Source: Selaginella moellendorffii (lineage: Eukaryota > Plantae > Lycopodiophyta). From it: a stretch of DNA of 64,000 nt. The translations under genes were made by a program, and so were the position numbers. Where the stretch lies: positions 310,001 to 374,000 of the forward strand of contig NW_003314275.1 in NCBI RefSeq assembly GCF_000143415.4, in the 5' to 3' direction. The notes under the pieces were generated by a model. The model was not told the origin of the DNA and did no database searches. It worked only from the letters and a program-made list of their open reading frames with translations. Positions 26,376 to 40,700 of this stretch are shown in pieces (the stretch's first letter is position 1; each line of letters begins with the position of its first letter).

Positions 26376-27171
26376 ATGGCGACGATGGAGCAGAGCTTCA
26401 TTATGATCAAGCCCGATGGCGTGCAGCGGGGATTGGTATGGCGCCTCGATTCTTGCTAGGTTTCTAGTTTGTAGATTTTAGATTGAGTGGCCTCTTATTT
26501 CAGCTCCAGACGATTCCATCAATCTGGTGGCTTTGTTCTGGGGGCAAACAGAGAATTTCGGAGATAGCTATAGCCTTTGCAGTCACTCTTTTCTTCATCG
26601 GTTATATTGTTTTTAACAATCTCCGGGACACTCACAGGTTGGGGAGATCATTGCGAGGTTTGAGAAGAAGGGATTCACGCTCAAAGGTATGGCTTTTGTG
26701 AGAAGTTCTATCGTAGTTCCCTTAACGCTTTTCTTTTCATTATGTGTAGGACTGAGGCTGATGCAAATTGAGAAATCCTTCGCGGAGAAGCACTACGCGG
26801 ATCTCTCAGCGAAGCCATTCTTTGGTGGTCTCGTCGAGTACGTGACTTCTGGCCCTGTTGTTGCGATGGTGTGGGAAGGGAAAGGTGTCGTGGAGACCGG
26901 CCGGAAGATCATCGGAGCCACGAACCCGGCTGCCTCGGCACCCGGAACCATCCGAGGGGACTTCGCCATCGACGTTGGAAGGTAAATTCCTCGCGGCATT
27001 GCTGCTTCAATCTCTTGCGAACTTAAAAACTCTTCCCTGTCTCTTCGAGCTTTCAGGAATGTGATCCATGGCAGCGACTCGGTCGACAATGCCAAGAAGG
27101 AGATCGCACTGTGGTTCCCCGATGGTGTCGTAGATTGGCAGAAGTCTGTCCACCCATGGATCTACGAGTGA
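26376..27171 (+). CDS. NDPK1: Nucleoside diphosphate kinase 1 (cytosolic type)
   Basis: [17 protein letters not shown]|[40 protein letters not shown] and HPWIYE; 4 exons. Confidence 0.97.
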
Positions 27172-27441
27172 TTGATCACGAGTGACGACGAAAGCCTTCG
27201 CATTTAAGTTTTGCGTTCTTGCAATTGATGAGAACTTCGTTTTGTTTTCCACCTTAATGACAATATATGTTCATGGCTTTCAATTGTTTATGTTCAAGTC
27301 AGGCCATCATACACAAGCACTAAAAGTTGATTGACAAAACAATCACTGGAACACAGCGCGCAAGTATATGACAAACAAATGGCTGCTAGAAAATAATCAA
27401 GCAAACGCTACTAAAGCTTTTAGAAGTTCCTCGACGATCGA

Positions 27442-28506
27442 TCAAAATTGCAGCATTCCAAAAGCACTGCCACAAGCACTGCTACCCGAGTAAGTGTCGA
27501 AACCGCTATTGCCATTCCCGAAATCCAATCCCCTGACCATAGACGTCGCCGAGTAATCCCACTCGTTGTTGAACACCACCGCTCCAAGACCCTGGGAGTA
27601 ATACAAAGAGCTCGCACCATTGAAAGACCACGCAGAATACTCGGAGAGGAGATGATGATGATGATGATCCATGAAATCGGAGGAAAGCGGCCCTGGCCAT
27701 TGGAAATCAGTACCGAGACTTTGTTCTTCACTACCGGCAGAGAAGAGAGCTAGCGGAACGCGATCGCTGCTATCATCGGGATCGTTGCCGGCGATGGTAG
27801 TAGCGATAGCTGGAGCAATGGTGGGATGCGAGAAGGAGGTGAGATCGAGCGGTGGCGGAGAATCGGGCTCGAGCTTTGGAATATGATCAAGCGGATAGCT
27901 ATACGCCGCCGCCGGGAATTCGAGGGCCGCGGCGATGAGATGATCCAAACCATGGTGCTGGCGATTGTGGTGGTGAAAAAAGGTGACATCCTTCTCGGCC
28001 TTGATCGATGCCGTGTAGCTGCTGCTTACGATGGAAGCTGGACTGGGCAGCTCCCCAGGGAAGAGCGTGAGGCTGCAGTCGGCGTGATGCTGATCATCGA
28101 TCGTGGCGCTAGCATCATCGAGCTGGAGCTCCTTGGGGAGAAAGGACCGTCGAAACTCCATGTCACGGACGTGCTTGGGATCCTTGTAGAGCTTCATCTT
28201 GAGCGATTCCCGCGCAACTTTGAGCTGCGCGCTTTGCTGCGATGCGTAGACGAAGTTGGTGCGCGCATCGGCGCCGCGCATCGCCCGCGCTGCGAGATCG
28301 TATGCCATAGCCGCATCCTCGGCGGTCTCAAACGTGCCCAGCCAGCGCCGCTCCTTCGTCTTTGGATCACGGATCTCCGCCGCGAACTTCCCCCATGGCC
28401 GCCTCCTCACGCCCCGGAACTTATTCACGCCGTGATTCGGCCGCAGCCCAACAGCCGGCACTTCTAGCAGACAATCCCGCTGCACTTTGGCCGCCTTCTT
28501 CTTCAT
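27442..28506 (-). CDS. AP2/ERF transcription factor, group VIII-b-like (DRN/ESR/PUCHI/LEP/STEMIN-type)
   Basis: Intronless ORF with [58 protein letters not shown]. Confidence 0.92.
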   Translation of the reverse strand: MKKKAAKVQRDCLLEVPAVGLRPNHGVNKFRGVRRRPWGKFAAEIRDPKTKERRWLGTFETAEDAAMAYDLAARAMRGADARTNFVYASQQSAQLKVARESLKMKLYKDPKHVRDMEFRRSFLPKELQLDDASATIDDQHHADCSLTLFPGELPSPASIVSSSYTASIKAEKDVTFFHHHNRQHHGLDHLIAAALEFPAAAYSYPLDHIPKLEPDSPPPLDLTSFSHPTIAPAIATTIAGNDPDDSSDRVPLALFSAGSEEQSLGTDFQWPGPLSSDFMDHHHHHLLSEYSAWSFNGASSLYYSQGLGAVVFNNEWDYSATSMVRGLDFGNGNSGFDTYSGSSACGSAFGMLQF

Positions 28507-28630
28507 CTCGATCACGATCGCACGCCGGACGCTTTCGTTGGCAGAGAGAAAGACTATAGGGTTCTTCGATCGATTAGAATAGATCTCTCAAGCAAGGATG
28601 ATTACACCATCGATTCTCCAAATCTAACCG

Positions 28631-28935
28631 ACGTGACACCCGGTACAAAGATCAATGTTTTGCGCCATATGGCCCAAACATCCCCCACGTACACGTATGC
28701 ATGTCTAGCCCCACGTGATAATAATGCACGTGCAGCCGCTATGTGTTTTTAGCGGGCCAGCTAAATCTAGAGCCCCTAGGCCTGGAGAGGGGCAATGGAT
28801 CCACCAGCTAGCTATCTTGTCGTAGTTTTCCAGCTAAGTTTAGAAGAAAGAGCGAGCCCATCATTGCTCCGTATGGAAACCGTCATGACATGCGCGACAC
28901 ATACATACATCCCGAGAAAAAACAATGCACACGTG
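28631..28935. promoter_or_regulatory. G-box/ABRE plus RY element cluster upstream of the ERF
   Basis: CACGTA 28686 and 28692, TGCATG 28698, CACGTG 28712, 28727 and 28930, and ACGTGAC near 28631. Confidence 0.5.
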
Positions 28936-29222
28936 GGGGTGCGAGCATGTGCTGGGCCAATGGGGGCACGCCTGGTCAGCATATCGTTGGCTAACGCTCG
29001 TCGATGTGATCATAGGTGGATGATGTGATAGGCAAAGTAGACCTAATCGCGTGCTGGCTAGCAGTAATTGGAGAAGATCTGTTGGGTTGTGGTGCCCGAT
29101 TTTTTTCTTACTTTGTGGTTAATCGGCGATGTTAAGGCGAATCCAACCAAATCCAATGGCACTTTTATAGCGGTGTTCAAGTTTTCAATTTCCAAAAGTT
29201 TTTTTACCATGGGCCGTTGGGA

Positions 29223-30732
29223 TTAGGGCCGACGTGGCGGTCTCTCAAGGTATACATTGTTTTGGAGGAGTTTATTTATGATCAGGAGAAGATCTTGACA
29301 TTGGAGCTTTCCTGTGGTGGATTCTCCCAGCAGCAAACTTTCAAAACTTGTAAGATCTGGCAAATGTGTACGCTGCCACCTCCAAACTTCTCGCTTGTCA
29401 CGGGGAGATATCATCGAAACGCATTGGACGTCACACGAGTAGACGAGATTGCTCGCCGCTTTTGCGATGGCCTTGATATCATCCTCCGCCACCACCAGGA
29501 AAACGTGTTTTATCGTCCGGGTCGAAGAGAGACGCCGCTTTTCGTAATACCACACCTGCAAGTTGCTACCTTCTTAGCATCAATGCAATGCACAACTGCT
29601 GGAAAACTCACTCTCGAAAGGAAACCAGTCGTAAGCTCCAGCTCCTCCACAGAGCCTCCAGGAAACATAATAGAGAAGAGGCCATAGAACTCGACGTTCC
29701 CTGATGGCGTGAAGGCCTTACCAAAGTCGTCACCCAAACAAATCCTCTTGACTCCGCTGGGAATTTCGCAGAGTCGAGTCCTCTCCCACTGAATTCCCAG
29801 TAGAGTCAGCTCAACTTCTGTAGAACAATTGTTTCCTAGCTGAAGTATGATATTCGCGCCACAGCACCACCCGCTTGAGACAAGCTACCGAGTCTACCAC
29901 CACCTTTCGCATGTCCATGGCCTCAAGTTTTGCTATCCCCGGCGCCACCACCACCACCTTGCTCGTTTGATCTGCTCGGACATGAAGAACAAAGTTGCGC
30001 AAGCTCGCAGGAACCTCGAGGATGAAGGCGCTGTGGCGAGCTTGATGATCTCGAGCTTTGGGCAGAGCTCCAGAAACTTTTCCATCCCCTTGTGCTGCTG
30101 CCGCGGTGCCGCCGTGTAGCTCACGCCCATCGCCAGCGTGTGGAGCTTGCTCAAGACAACGCCACGAGCCTCGGGAGTAAACTCGTCACTGTCCGGTGCC
30201 ATGATTGACAAGAACCTGATCTTGAGTGATTCGAGGTTGATGCAGTTGGCGATGCGCTCCAAGACTTGGAAGTTCACGGGACCGGCGTTGATGTCCAACT
30301 CTCGCAGCGAGCTCGCCATGTTGATCCAGGCCGAGTCTGTCAGCTTGGAAGCTTGCAAGGCCTTGTTGACGCTACGGAGCTTGAGAGTGTGGACCTCTTG
30401 GAGACGAGATATCAGCGCGGAGATGGATGCTTGGATGCAGTCGCAGTGCAAGAGCTCTCTATTGTGCTTGCTGCAGAGCGTTGCTTCTAGCCCAGGAAGC
30501 GGCCAGAAGATGTTAAGTCGTTGAAAACAGTGCCTCGAAGTGTTGCTCCTCCACGACTTACAAACTCCAGACAATGCCAGGAACGGCACCAAGCTCCCGT
30601 TGCAGCTCAGCTCGAAGATCTTATAGAAAATGTCGAGCGGCAGATCTGACCAGCCAATCACACAGGGGGACTCCTGAGATCGAAGAAAGTAACGGTGGGC
30701 TTCATTTGAAGAAAAAAAAAAGAGCTTACCAT
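29223..30732 (-). pseudogene. F-box/LRR gene copy 1, frameshifted
   Basis: WSDLPLDIFYKIFELS F-box. Relative to copy 2 it lacks 13 bp (gccttgcacgaca) near 30038, giving a stop at 29933, and has a further +1 insertion near 29857. Confidence 0.8.
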
Positions 30733-31329
30733 TCAGACAAATGGGGCTCTAGGGCTCACAATCCTTGAGCGTTTGATACACGCGTGAGACGCTGCACAAA
30801 AGACTTCCTTTTTGCTGCCTACCTCTACGACCGGCTGAAACGATTGTACGCGAACTTCCGGATGTTAGTATTACCTATGCATTCTAAGAGCTTGCAATCA
30901 CACTGGGCCAGTAATCTCAGACTATGGATGATTGAGCACTAGAGCTACCTTGTAGACATTAAAGCCTGGAGGAACCTATCTTGAAGCAATGGCGAGGCCT
31001 TTCCAGTCGTCGAAGGTAATTAAGCCATTTTGCTTGCAAGCAGAAAATGGAGAAATGTGGAAGCAATAGTAGTCTTGCATTGTAGAATCTGACAAGAGGC
31101 ATGCTACAGTGTACTTGGTGATGGCTGCGTGCCATAGGAGCATTGATGCCCAAGTGCAATCCCGTTACAAAAGTTTCCAGCATCGATGGAGCTGACTTTA
31201 CAGACCTAGTGGAGATTTTAATCGAGCTCCCAGGAGCACCACACGGACAGGAACTCTAACGCTGTAAAGCATGTCTACCTCAAGAGCTGCAGAGCTTGAG
31301 ATTTCTCTCCACCCCGTATCGCTCCGGAT

Positions 31330-31740
31330 ATGACAGTATTCCACGAAACGATGCAAAAATCGCCCTGGCATCAATCCAGCAGCCGTCGCAGTGAGAGAAC
31401 ATTGCGCATGCGACTGCGCCAGTCGCTACAAACTAAGCGCCAACGAGCCCGGAATGAATGGCGCGCGGCTGCAATGGAGCATCTTGCAATCTCTCTGAAA
31501 AATGCCCGTTCTAGGCATATGCCGAGATCATGATGCTCCAGCCGAAAACATTCTTGCGCCCCAAAGCATCAAAAACTTCCGCCACGCTCCGGCATTTCCC
31601 ATACATCTCCACCACCAAATTCTCCAGTGGTACCACGCCGCCGGCAAAGCCCTTGCAAGATTTGCTCATGAACCACCATCCTGCGCGCCTCAAAAGAACT
31701 GTCCACCCGGACAATTGACCAAGTGGACTGCTCAACGCAT
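31330..31740 (-). pseudogene. PPR gene fragment
   Basis: LENLVVEMYGKC...FDALGRKNVFGWSIMISAYA, followed by a stop and frameshifts. Confidence 0.7.
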
Positions 31741-34435
31741 GGCAATTTAATATACTGAGCCACCTGAAATAAGATCACGTTAATCAGGGAGAAAAACGAT
31801 CACAAGTTCTCAGTAGTTTCATAATCCTGCCAGCATTGTTGATGAGAATAAAATACCCCGACCAAATCTAGAAACAGCAATCAGATTCCTTTGTTAGATC
31901 AACTGGACACCCGGCTGTGTCCATAGCTCCAGCCTCCAAGCATGCTTCCGCCACTTCTCTTCACTCGTGCCACCAGTACCAGCCCTGCACCATATCTTGC
32001 ATTCTCGAGAGCTACGAACTGCAAAACCAATGAAAGGGAGAAAGAAGTTGGCGTCCATTCGCGAAGAAAGAAAACAAGTAGGAGAAACTTATTTGAAGGG
32101 AGGGGCAGGCATCCTAGCGGGTAACACCATCCCCCATCACTACTCTCAGCAATCCCTCGTAAAAGCATCTTCCACTTGGGGAATAGGCAACTCAAACCAC
32201 TCACATACATAAGATCAAGAATTGTGGGAAAAGAACACGTTACCTCTGGGGAGACAAACAAGTTCCCCACAAGATAGTCACTGTCCGGGTACACGATTGG
32301 CTTTTTAAAGCGTGCCTTATTATTTTCTTCAATTGCGCATGGTCAATTTTTTCTCCATGAATTGGAACTCTGGAAAAGAGAATTCACTCGGTGAAATTAA
32401 AAAACACAAAAAGAAAACTTAGTCCTTGTCCGACTTCACCCTCACTTCAAGTTTTCCATATGCAAGACACAAACTGGAGTTTTGTGCCCCCGCGAACCGG
32501 TTCTTTGGCATCTCCTGTGACGTGTAACAGGCTCCTTGGAAGATTCCATTGTTCGCAGCATCGTCATGGAACCATTTTCTTTTTACTCGGAGAACGAGCT
32601 TCTGCGGATCAAACCCTTGAAAGCTTGTCAATGGTTCTTTTGTTCTCGGCCAAGATCGCTGAAACCGCACCTTCTGTCCATCACCAAGGTCCGTGGCGTT
32701 CTCTGCATTTCTTCATGACATTTTTATAAACTTACATACCTGCATTCTCATATTTCTTGTAAGCCTGGATCATCCTGTTGGATCAGATTTTCACCTCCCA
32801 TGTGCTCCGCCACGTTGAGGCTTGCGAGTTCAGTGGTGGAAATAGCAGGGAGTGTCGTTTGGTTCCAGATTCTCGCTCAAAATCGTCCTGGAGATCTAGC
32901 ACTTGTGCGACCTTCGTTGCTGTTGGTTGAATGAAGTCGCAAAGGCCAAAAAACTGCGAGGTATGAACCGAATGACATTTACATTCCTCCCTAAAAAGGC
33001 TGTATAGCAAAAATGTGGCACATAGATATAGAATTGCTTACTTGATTATGGGAGAAACCATTCATGTTTCACAACTGAGCATCAAAAGCTCACGATCCAT
33101 CAAACCTGTTGATGGTTTCTTGCTCCCCTTGTTCTCTGCAGTGAGAAATGGATGATTCACCTTGAACACCGCTTTGGTGTACCTTGAATCAGGAATTGGA
33201 AAGGGAAACACCTGTGAGGAGTGCGTCTACATCAAGACGGTCTCTTTCTTGGAGTAGCGAGCGCGTCCCCTCCTATGGCGCTTCAGTTCCTCACGAGTAT
33301 AGTTGTATTTATTATTAATAAAACTTTTAAGTAATTTACGACAAATTAGACAACATTCCCATTTGAACCACTATTAAATTAGCCTTCATCTAAGGATGCT
33401 GTTTTAAAGCACAAAACTTCTAAATTTGTGATATGGAGTTTGGAGCCCAGAGGCATCACAGTTTTCTACCAACTATCTCATGGTCTAGGGATCATGGTCA
33501 TTTCTTGGCTCTCATTCTTTAATAGTGTTTATTTACTTGCTTATTTATTAGTTTTTTTTCATAGTCACTGTTTTTCTTTTAAGTCTTTTTTGTCTAGTCT
33601 ATTCTTTTTGTCAATATAAAGGGAAGGCAAAATTTGCATGATTTTTGTGCTCTCTCAATTGTACGAGCTTTACTCATAAAGAAAAAGGTTTTTGAAAGTT
33701 ACATTCAAGCTAATCAACAACTTAGGGTGTTGATGGAAATCCTATCCCTCAAAACTTTGTGTTTTTCATGCCCTGAAGTGCTACTGAAACTTGGTGAACA
33801 GTCAAAAGTGACTACATAGTACATAAAGACAAATTGGCCAACCCAATTTAATGAAGTCACAAAGCTTGCAAATTGCTGCATATGCTTCCTGGCAAGGGTG
33901 TTCAAAAGTTTATCAATCTCATAAAAGTCGTTTGATCAAAATGGGAGCAAAGGATATGCCTATATCCACATTTGCTAACATAGCCTCACCCTTGAATACA
34001 AATACATGCAGCAGAACAAGGATCAGATAAGAAAGCAATTCAAGCTGCCGAGGAGATCAATATCACAATCAGATCTGGAGAAAAAGGGACAAGTTATTCT
34101 GCAAGAGCTAGTGCTTGTGCTATTGTTCTAAATCTAGATGCCATATGAAATTCAAGAAGCAACTTGGTTCAAATCTAAATTCCAAGGGAATGTATATGAA
34201 ATTCAAGAGGCAACACACTAATGCTGGCAATAAGGCTTGTAGTTTTAAACCACAAGAGACCAAGTGCAAAACTCTCACTTTGAATAATGCAAGGAAAACT
34301 TTGGTCCAAAGTGCCATGCTTTGCCACTAATTTAGAGGCGAAATCCAATGTGCGCTTTTGGCAGTTGGGATTAGGGTCGACGTGGCGCAATATATGGAGA
34401 AGATCTTGACAGTGGAGTTTTCCTGTCAAAAGTTT

Positions 34436-35908
34436 CTAGGATCTGGTGGATTCTCCCAGCAGCAAACTCTCAAAACTTGTAGGATCTGGCAAATGTGTAC
34501 GCTGCCACCTCCAAACTTCTCGGTTGTCACGGGGAGATATCATCGAAACGCATTGAACGCCACACGAGTAGACGAGATTGCTCGCCGCTTTTGCGATGGC
34601 CTTGATATCATCCTCCGCCACCACCAGGAACACGTGTTTTATCGTCCGGGTCGAAGGCTGTACTGAGAAACGCCGCTCTTCGTCATACCACACCTGCAAG
34701 GTGCTGGTGGTTAACCCTCTTAGCACCAATGCAATGCACCAGTGCTGGAAAACTCACCCTCGAAAGGACACCTGTCGTGAGCTCCAGCTCCTCCACAGAG
34801 CCTCCAGGGAACATTGTCGAGAAGAGGCTGTAGAACTCGAGCTTCCCGGACTTCGAGAAAGTCTGACCAAAGTCATCTCCCAAACAAATCCTCTTGACTC
34901 CGCTGGGAATTTCGCGAAGTCGATACCGCTCCCAGTGAAGTCCCCGTAGAGCCAGCTCCACTTGCGTAGAGCAATTATTTCCTAGCTGAAGCATGATATT
35001 CGGCCACAGCACCACCCGCTTGAGACAAGCTGCCGAGTCTACCACCACCTTTCGCATGTCCATGGCCTCAAGTTTTGCTATCCCCGGCGCCACCACCACC
35101 ACCTTGCTCGTTTGATCTGCTCGGACATGAAGAACAAAGTTTCGCAAGCTCGCAGGAACCTCGAGGATGAAGGCGCTGTGGCGGCCTTGCACGACAAGCT
35201 TGATGATTTCGAGCTTTGGGCAGAGCTCCAGAAACTTTTCCATCCCTTTGTGCTGCATCCGCGGTGCCGCCGTGTAGCTCACGCCCATCGCCAGCGTGTG
35301 GAGCTTGCTCAAGACAACGCCGCGAGCCTCGGGAGCAAACTCGTCACTTTCCGGTGCCATGACTGACAAGCACCCGATCTTGAGTGATTCAAGGTTGATG
35401 CAGCTGGAGATGCGCTCCAAGACTTGGAAGTTCACGGGACCGGCGCCGATGTCCAACTCTCGCAGCGAGCTTGCCATGTTGATCCAGGCGGAGTCCGTCA
35501 GCTTGGAAGCTTGCAATGCCTTGTGGACGCTGTGGAACTTGAGAGTGTGGACCTCTTGGAGACGAGATATCAGCGCGGAGATGGATGCTTGGATGCAGTC
35601 GCAGTGCAAGAGCTCTCGCTTGTGCTTGCTGCAGAGCTTTGCTTCTAGCCCAGGAAGCGGCCAGAAGATGTTAAGTCGTTGAAAGCAGCGCCTCGAAGTG
35701 TTGCTCCTCCACGACGTACAAACTCCAGACAATGCCAGGAACGGCACCAAGCTCCGCTTGAAGCTCCCGTTGCAGCTCAGCTCGAAGATCTTGTAGAAAA
35801 TGTCGAGCGGCAGATCGGACCAGCCGTTTCCCCTCCTCACACACGGGGACTCCTGAGATCGAAGAAAGTAACGGTGGGCTTCATTTGAAGAAAAAAAGAG
35901 CTTACCAT
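34436..35908 (-). CDS. F-box/LRR protein copy 2, apparently intact
   Basis: ATG at 35908 is followed directly by a GTAAGC intron, then ESPCVRRGNGWSDLPLDIFYKIF and RNI-type LRRs. A second intron (GTGAGT...TTGCAG, about 34757-34696) joins GVLSR|VWYDEER in frame. Confidence 0.75.
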
Positions 35909-36989
35909 TCAGACAAATGGGCCTAGAGTGGAACAAAACTTGAGCGTTTGGTAGAGGCTAGGCAGGACGCCGGCACGCGTGAGACGCTGCACAAAAGACT
36001 TCCTTTTGGCTGCCTACCTCTACGACCGGGTGAAAGGATTGTACACGAAGTGCCGGATGTTAGTATTACCCCATCCCTCTATTTCAACCCTAAAGAAGTT
36101 GAGGTACTCACACATTCGAGCGTTTGCAAGGAAGAGCATCCTCTCAAAAACTGCAGATTTGTAGACTGCAAAGTGAATCCACTCCCAGAGTGCTGGACTC
36201 GAGCAGAAGGCAAGCTCTCCTCGGGGACTGCTTGGGCGCCAGCGTTGATCGTGAGAGGTGGAAACGAGACTGTGAGTCTATACAGTGCCTTTCTCTTTGC
36301 TCAATCGTGATCTTTTTTGCTTGGATACAAGTTTCTATAACAAGGGACATGGACTTTTAGTGTGATTTTTAGGTGGCAGTGTGCTGTGGAGATGGCATTG
36401 GAGGATCCACGACAGAGATCTCGATTCTTCTCTCAAACTCGATAGACTCGATCTGGGATACACTCCACATGTTGTAGCATTCTAACCATAATCGTCCCGT
36501 TTTGTGTTTTCCCGATAGAAGAAAGTATGCAAGTTAGGGATTACAAACAAAGCAATCAGTTTTGTTTCACTCACACAAAATATTTGTGGTTTATTGATAC
36601 ATCATGTTTTTATACATTTTAAGAGCTTGCCACCGGCAGACTATGGATGATTGAGCACAACAGCTACCTAGTAGATATTGAGGAACCTATCTTGAAGCAA
36701 TGGTGAGGCCTTTCCAGTCATCGAAGGTAATTAAGCCATCTTGCTTGCAAGCAGAAAATGGAGAAATGTGGAAGTAATAGTAGGCTTGCGTTGTAAGATC
36801 TGACAAGAGGGATGCCGGAGAGTTGCATTTGACAGACCTAGTGGAGATTTTAATTGAGCTCCCAGGAGCATGGACAGGAACTCTAACGGCCAACCGTGCC
36901 CACCCCAGTTTTTTCTTAAAGCATGTCTACCTCAAGAGCTGAGATTTCTCTCCACCCCATATCACTCTGCAAAAATCGCCCTGGCATCA

Positions 36990-37345
36990 ATCCACCAGCC
37001 GTCGCAGAGAGAGAACATTGCGCAAACTAATGCCTAACCTCGAGGCCGGAGCAGGCCACGACAACGCTGCTGAGAGTGAGAGAATTGGGCTGCATGCCTT
37101 CCAAATCCATGGCCTGGAAGAGTTGCAATGCCTCTTAAAAGTGCCCGTTCTGGGCATATGCCGAGATGATGATGCTCCAGCTGAAAACATTCTTGCGCCA
37201 TCCCAAAACCTGCCGCGCTTCAGCATTTCCCATACATCTCCACCATCAAATTCTCCAGTAGTGCCCCGCCGCCAGCAAAGCCCTTGCAAGATTTGCGCAT
37301 GAACCACCCTCCTGCTCAAAAGTCCACCTGGACAATTTACCAAGT
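36990..37345 (-). pseudogene. PPR gene fragment (duplicate)
   Basis: Paralogous to 31330-31740; frameshifted NVFSWSIIISAYAQNG...FQAMDLEGMQPNSLTLSSVV. Confidence 0.65.
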
Positions 37346-38529
37346 GGACATAACCTGAATCAGGGAGAAAGTACCATCGAAAGATAAAAACTTTCTGGAG
37401 TTTTGTCCATCACAAGTTCTCAGTAGTTTCATAATCTGCCAGCATTGTTGATGAGAATCTAGGAAAACAAAATACCTCGACGAAATCTAAAAACAGCAAT
37501 CAGATTCCTTTGTTAGATTAGCTGGACACACGGCTGCGTCCATAGCTCCAGCCTCCAAGCATGCTTCTCTTCACTCTTGTCGACTTCACCATTTTCTGTT
37601 GCGATGAGTCCTCTCACTTCAAGTTTTCCGTATGTTCGCGGCATCGTCATGGAACCATTTCCTTTTTACTCGGAGAACGAGCTTCTGCGGATCAAACTCT
37701 TGAAAGCTTGTCAATCATTCTTTTGTTCTCAGCGCCTGATCCTCTACATAGAATCCAAGATCGGGGCCAAGATCACTGAAACCACAACCCGTCTGTCCAT
37801 CACCAAGGTCCGGGGCGTTCTCTGCATGTCAGAGTAAAACTTACATCTGCATTCTCATGTTTCTGAGAGTCTTGAGAACCCCGTAAGCCTTCAATAAAAT
37901 TTTGGTATTTGTTGTTAATTTGAGTTGTAATTTTTAATTATTTGTTATCAACTAAAATTCTAGTAATAAATCTAATCTACATACATCCTCTTGAATCAAA
38001 TGTTCACCTCCCATGTGCTCTGACATGTTGAGGCCTGCATGGTCAGTGGTGGAAATAGCAATATTCTCCCGTTTGGTTCCATATTTTCGCTCAAAATCGT
38101 ACTTCTGCAATCTTCATTGCTGTTGGTTGAACAAAGTCTCAAAAAGTCAAAAAACAATGAAGTATGAACCAAATGACCTTTACATTCCAGATTTTCTAGA
38201 ACAGGTGTAGTTTTATTATGAATTTTGATAAGGGTGTTTTTTTTAGGTTTTTTATATGATCTTTTATAAAGGTATTCTTATGGTTTCTTTGTCGATCATT
38301 GTCTTTTTATTTCAGATTTGTTTTTTGCTTAATTGGCAACCAATTCAATGAGTTCATCATGTGTGTTTTTTCTAGACACCTTTAAACTCTTTTTCTTTTG
38401 TTTATAGTCACAATAAAATTTCTTAAACCTGCATACATCTCCTTGGCAGTTGTAGCCAAGTTTTGCTAATTTGTTCTCTCTCTTAAAGGTTAAAGTCGTT
38501 TGTTTGTATGGCAGAGGTGGCAAATCATC

Positions 38530-40700
38530 TAATGAGTCATAAATGTCTTGAAGTGGAAGAGTCAAATGGGGAATAAATAAAGAAAACCAAAAGAACATAT
38601 TCAATACCTCCTGAAGAAGTTAAGACCACCTTCTTGTGCTTGTAGGACTTAAACACCTCAGACTTAGCTATGGAGAACTCCCCCATGGTTGTGGCTATGC
38701 AAGACTCAGACTTGGCTGTGGAAAATTCTGCCTTCTGCTTGAAGGCCATGGCTGTGCAAAACCTAGATTTGCCCGTGGAGGACTCTGCTTTATGCTTGAA
38801 GACTGTGGCTGTCTAGAACTCAAACTCATCCATGGAAAACTCTACTTTGACTGTGATGGCTGTGGAGGCTATGCAGGCAACTCCACATTGTGTTTAATGG
38901 CCATGGCTGCTGAGACTTTGCTTGAGACCATATATTAAAGATCTAAAGTTATGAACCTAGCCTATAGATAGCCAATGAATTGGACTCCTTGATGGTTGTG
39001 GAGGTTGTGCAAGACTCAGACTTAGACTTGGCTATGCATAACTTTGCCTTCTGTTCAATGGCCATGGCTATTGAAGACTCTGTTTGACACTATATATATT
39101 TTAAAAATCTAAAGTTATTATCTAGTCTAGAGATAGTCAATGAACTAGAGACCTTGATGGCTATGGAAGCTATGTAAGATTTAGCCTCAATAGTGAAGAT
39201 ATTAGCTGTGGAGTGCTAAAACTTAATTGCCATAATTGTAAAGTTTCAAAAGGATCATTTTAGCTTGAGCTTGATGGGTGAGGAGAAGCACTTTTGTAGT
39301 GCATGGGATGAAATTTGGATATACTATCATTATAGATTTTTAGAATTTTGGGGTATAATTAGGGATAAAAGAGCTTTCTTATCAACAATTGCCCTTTTTT
39401 CAGTTGACTTAAGGGGAGAAAAATAATATATATTACAACTTTGTGAAAAGTATATTTAAATTGTCATGAGTTTGAAGGGTAAGAAGAGACATATTTGAGT
39501 GAAAACTGAAAAAAAGAAAAGGAGTACAATTAGTGAGAACAATAATAAACCCAACATACATACTTGTCTTGTATATATATAGATTCTTATACTCAATGAA
39601 GGAGGTTAGTATAAAGAATTTTTCTCCTTGAAAAAAAGTAAAATTGATATCAAACTTATAAGTTTCATCCACAAAACTTGATGTTGAAACCATACTAAAT
39701 ATGATGGAGTTGGCAAAAAAACTTTTAATACCGAGAAAGTATTGAGTACTTTTTAGTATTTAAAATTCAAGTTATTTATAGGTAGTTAGAAAGCTATATA
39801 TCCTATAAACTTTAAAATCAATGTTACAGCTTGATGTTTCAAAGTTCCTTTTTAAATCTACCACAACAAAGAATTTTAATAAGTTTCCAGCTAAGTCCTT
39901 TTTTTATTTCTATCCTTTCTCTAGTTGAACCAATAAGTGTTCATCTATTAAAAATGATGTGACAACATCATTATAAGAAACAATATATTTACAAATTTGG
40001 ATCCCATCCAACATTAAAATACTCGTCATGGTTAAGAAAAATTTGTAGTGTTGTCTACATTAACAAATAATTAGCAACTCCCAAAATGCATCAAAACCTA
40101 TATAAACAAGCTAGCATGCCATCTTTCCATAAATATCAATCCCTTTAGCAAATTAAAATGCAGCTCTTCATTTAGAAAATCAATCAAAAGTACTTTTATG
40201 ATAGAGAGGTAGCAAATATATTTGTCTCATTGCAATACAAGCACCTTGTGAAATTCTTGGCACAATTAACATGACAATAACAATAAATCCACCATTTTAA
40301 CTCTCTGGCAATTTTAATTTTGTATTAGCTTTGGACAAAGCATATAATATAGTTAGAATTTCAATTGTATAAAGCATAATCTTGTCATTCCCTCCAAAAA
40401 CCAGAGTACTTGCTGATTATGATTTGAAACATTGGCATCAAACCATATTTGTTGTAACTTCAGCAACGTACATTACATTTTTTGTTGTTGAATAATAATC
40501 TACATCTCAAGCTCAATGGCATCATTCAGAACTCAACCTCCTCATAAGCTCCAAAAATTGTTATTCTAGACCCACATCTTCATTCTCTAAAACCTCACTA
40601 AATTCATGCTCTTATAACTCTCCTACCCTTTGAATTTAAGTCTTCCTAGATGTTGATACCAGCTACAAAGGGGAATCAACTAGAACATCTGCATTTTCAC
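38530..40700 (-). mobile_element. Degenerate repeat-rich, AT-rich probable retroelement remnant
   Basis: Degenerate gactcagacttggct/ggctgtgg repeats at 38650-39200. Frameshifted RCLYCNE (about 40250) and MLDG (about 40010) gag/protease-like traces on the - strand. Confidence 0.35.

Larger units (their letters stand above)
29200..38190 (+). repeat. Tandem segmental duplication (about 29.2-33.0 kb vs about 34.35-38.19 kb)
   Basis: Colinear matching segments: F-box gene, gagacgctgcacaaaagac, PPR fragment, gcaatcagattcctttgttag, catcgtcatggaaccatt and tatgaacc.aatgac.tttacattcc. Confidence 0.88.

Noticed and set aside
34683-34760. Apparent frameshift or premature stop in F-box copy 2
   Set aside because: Explained by a short GTGAGT...TTGCAG intron that joins LSR|VWY in frame.
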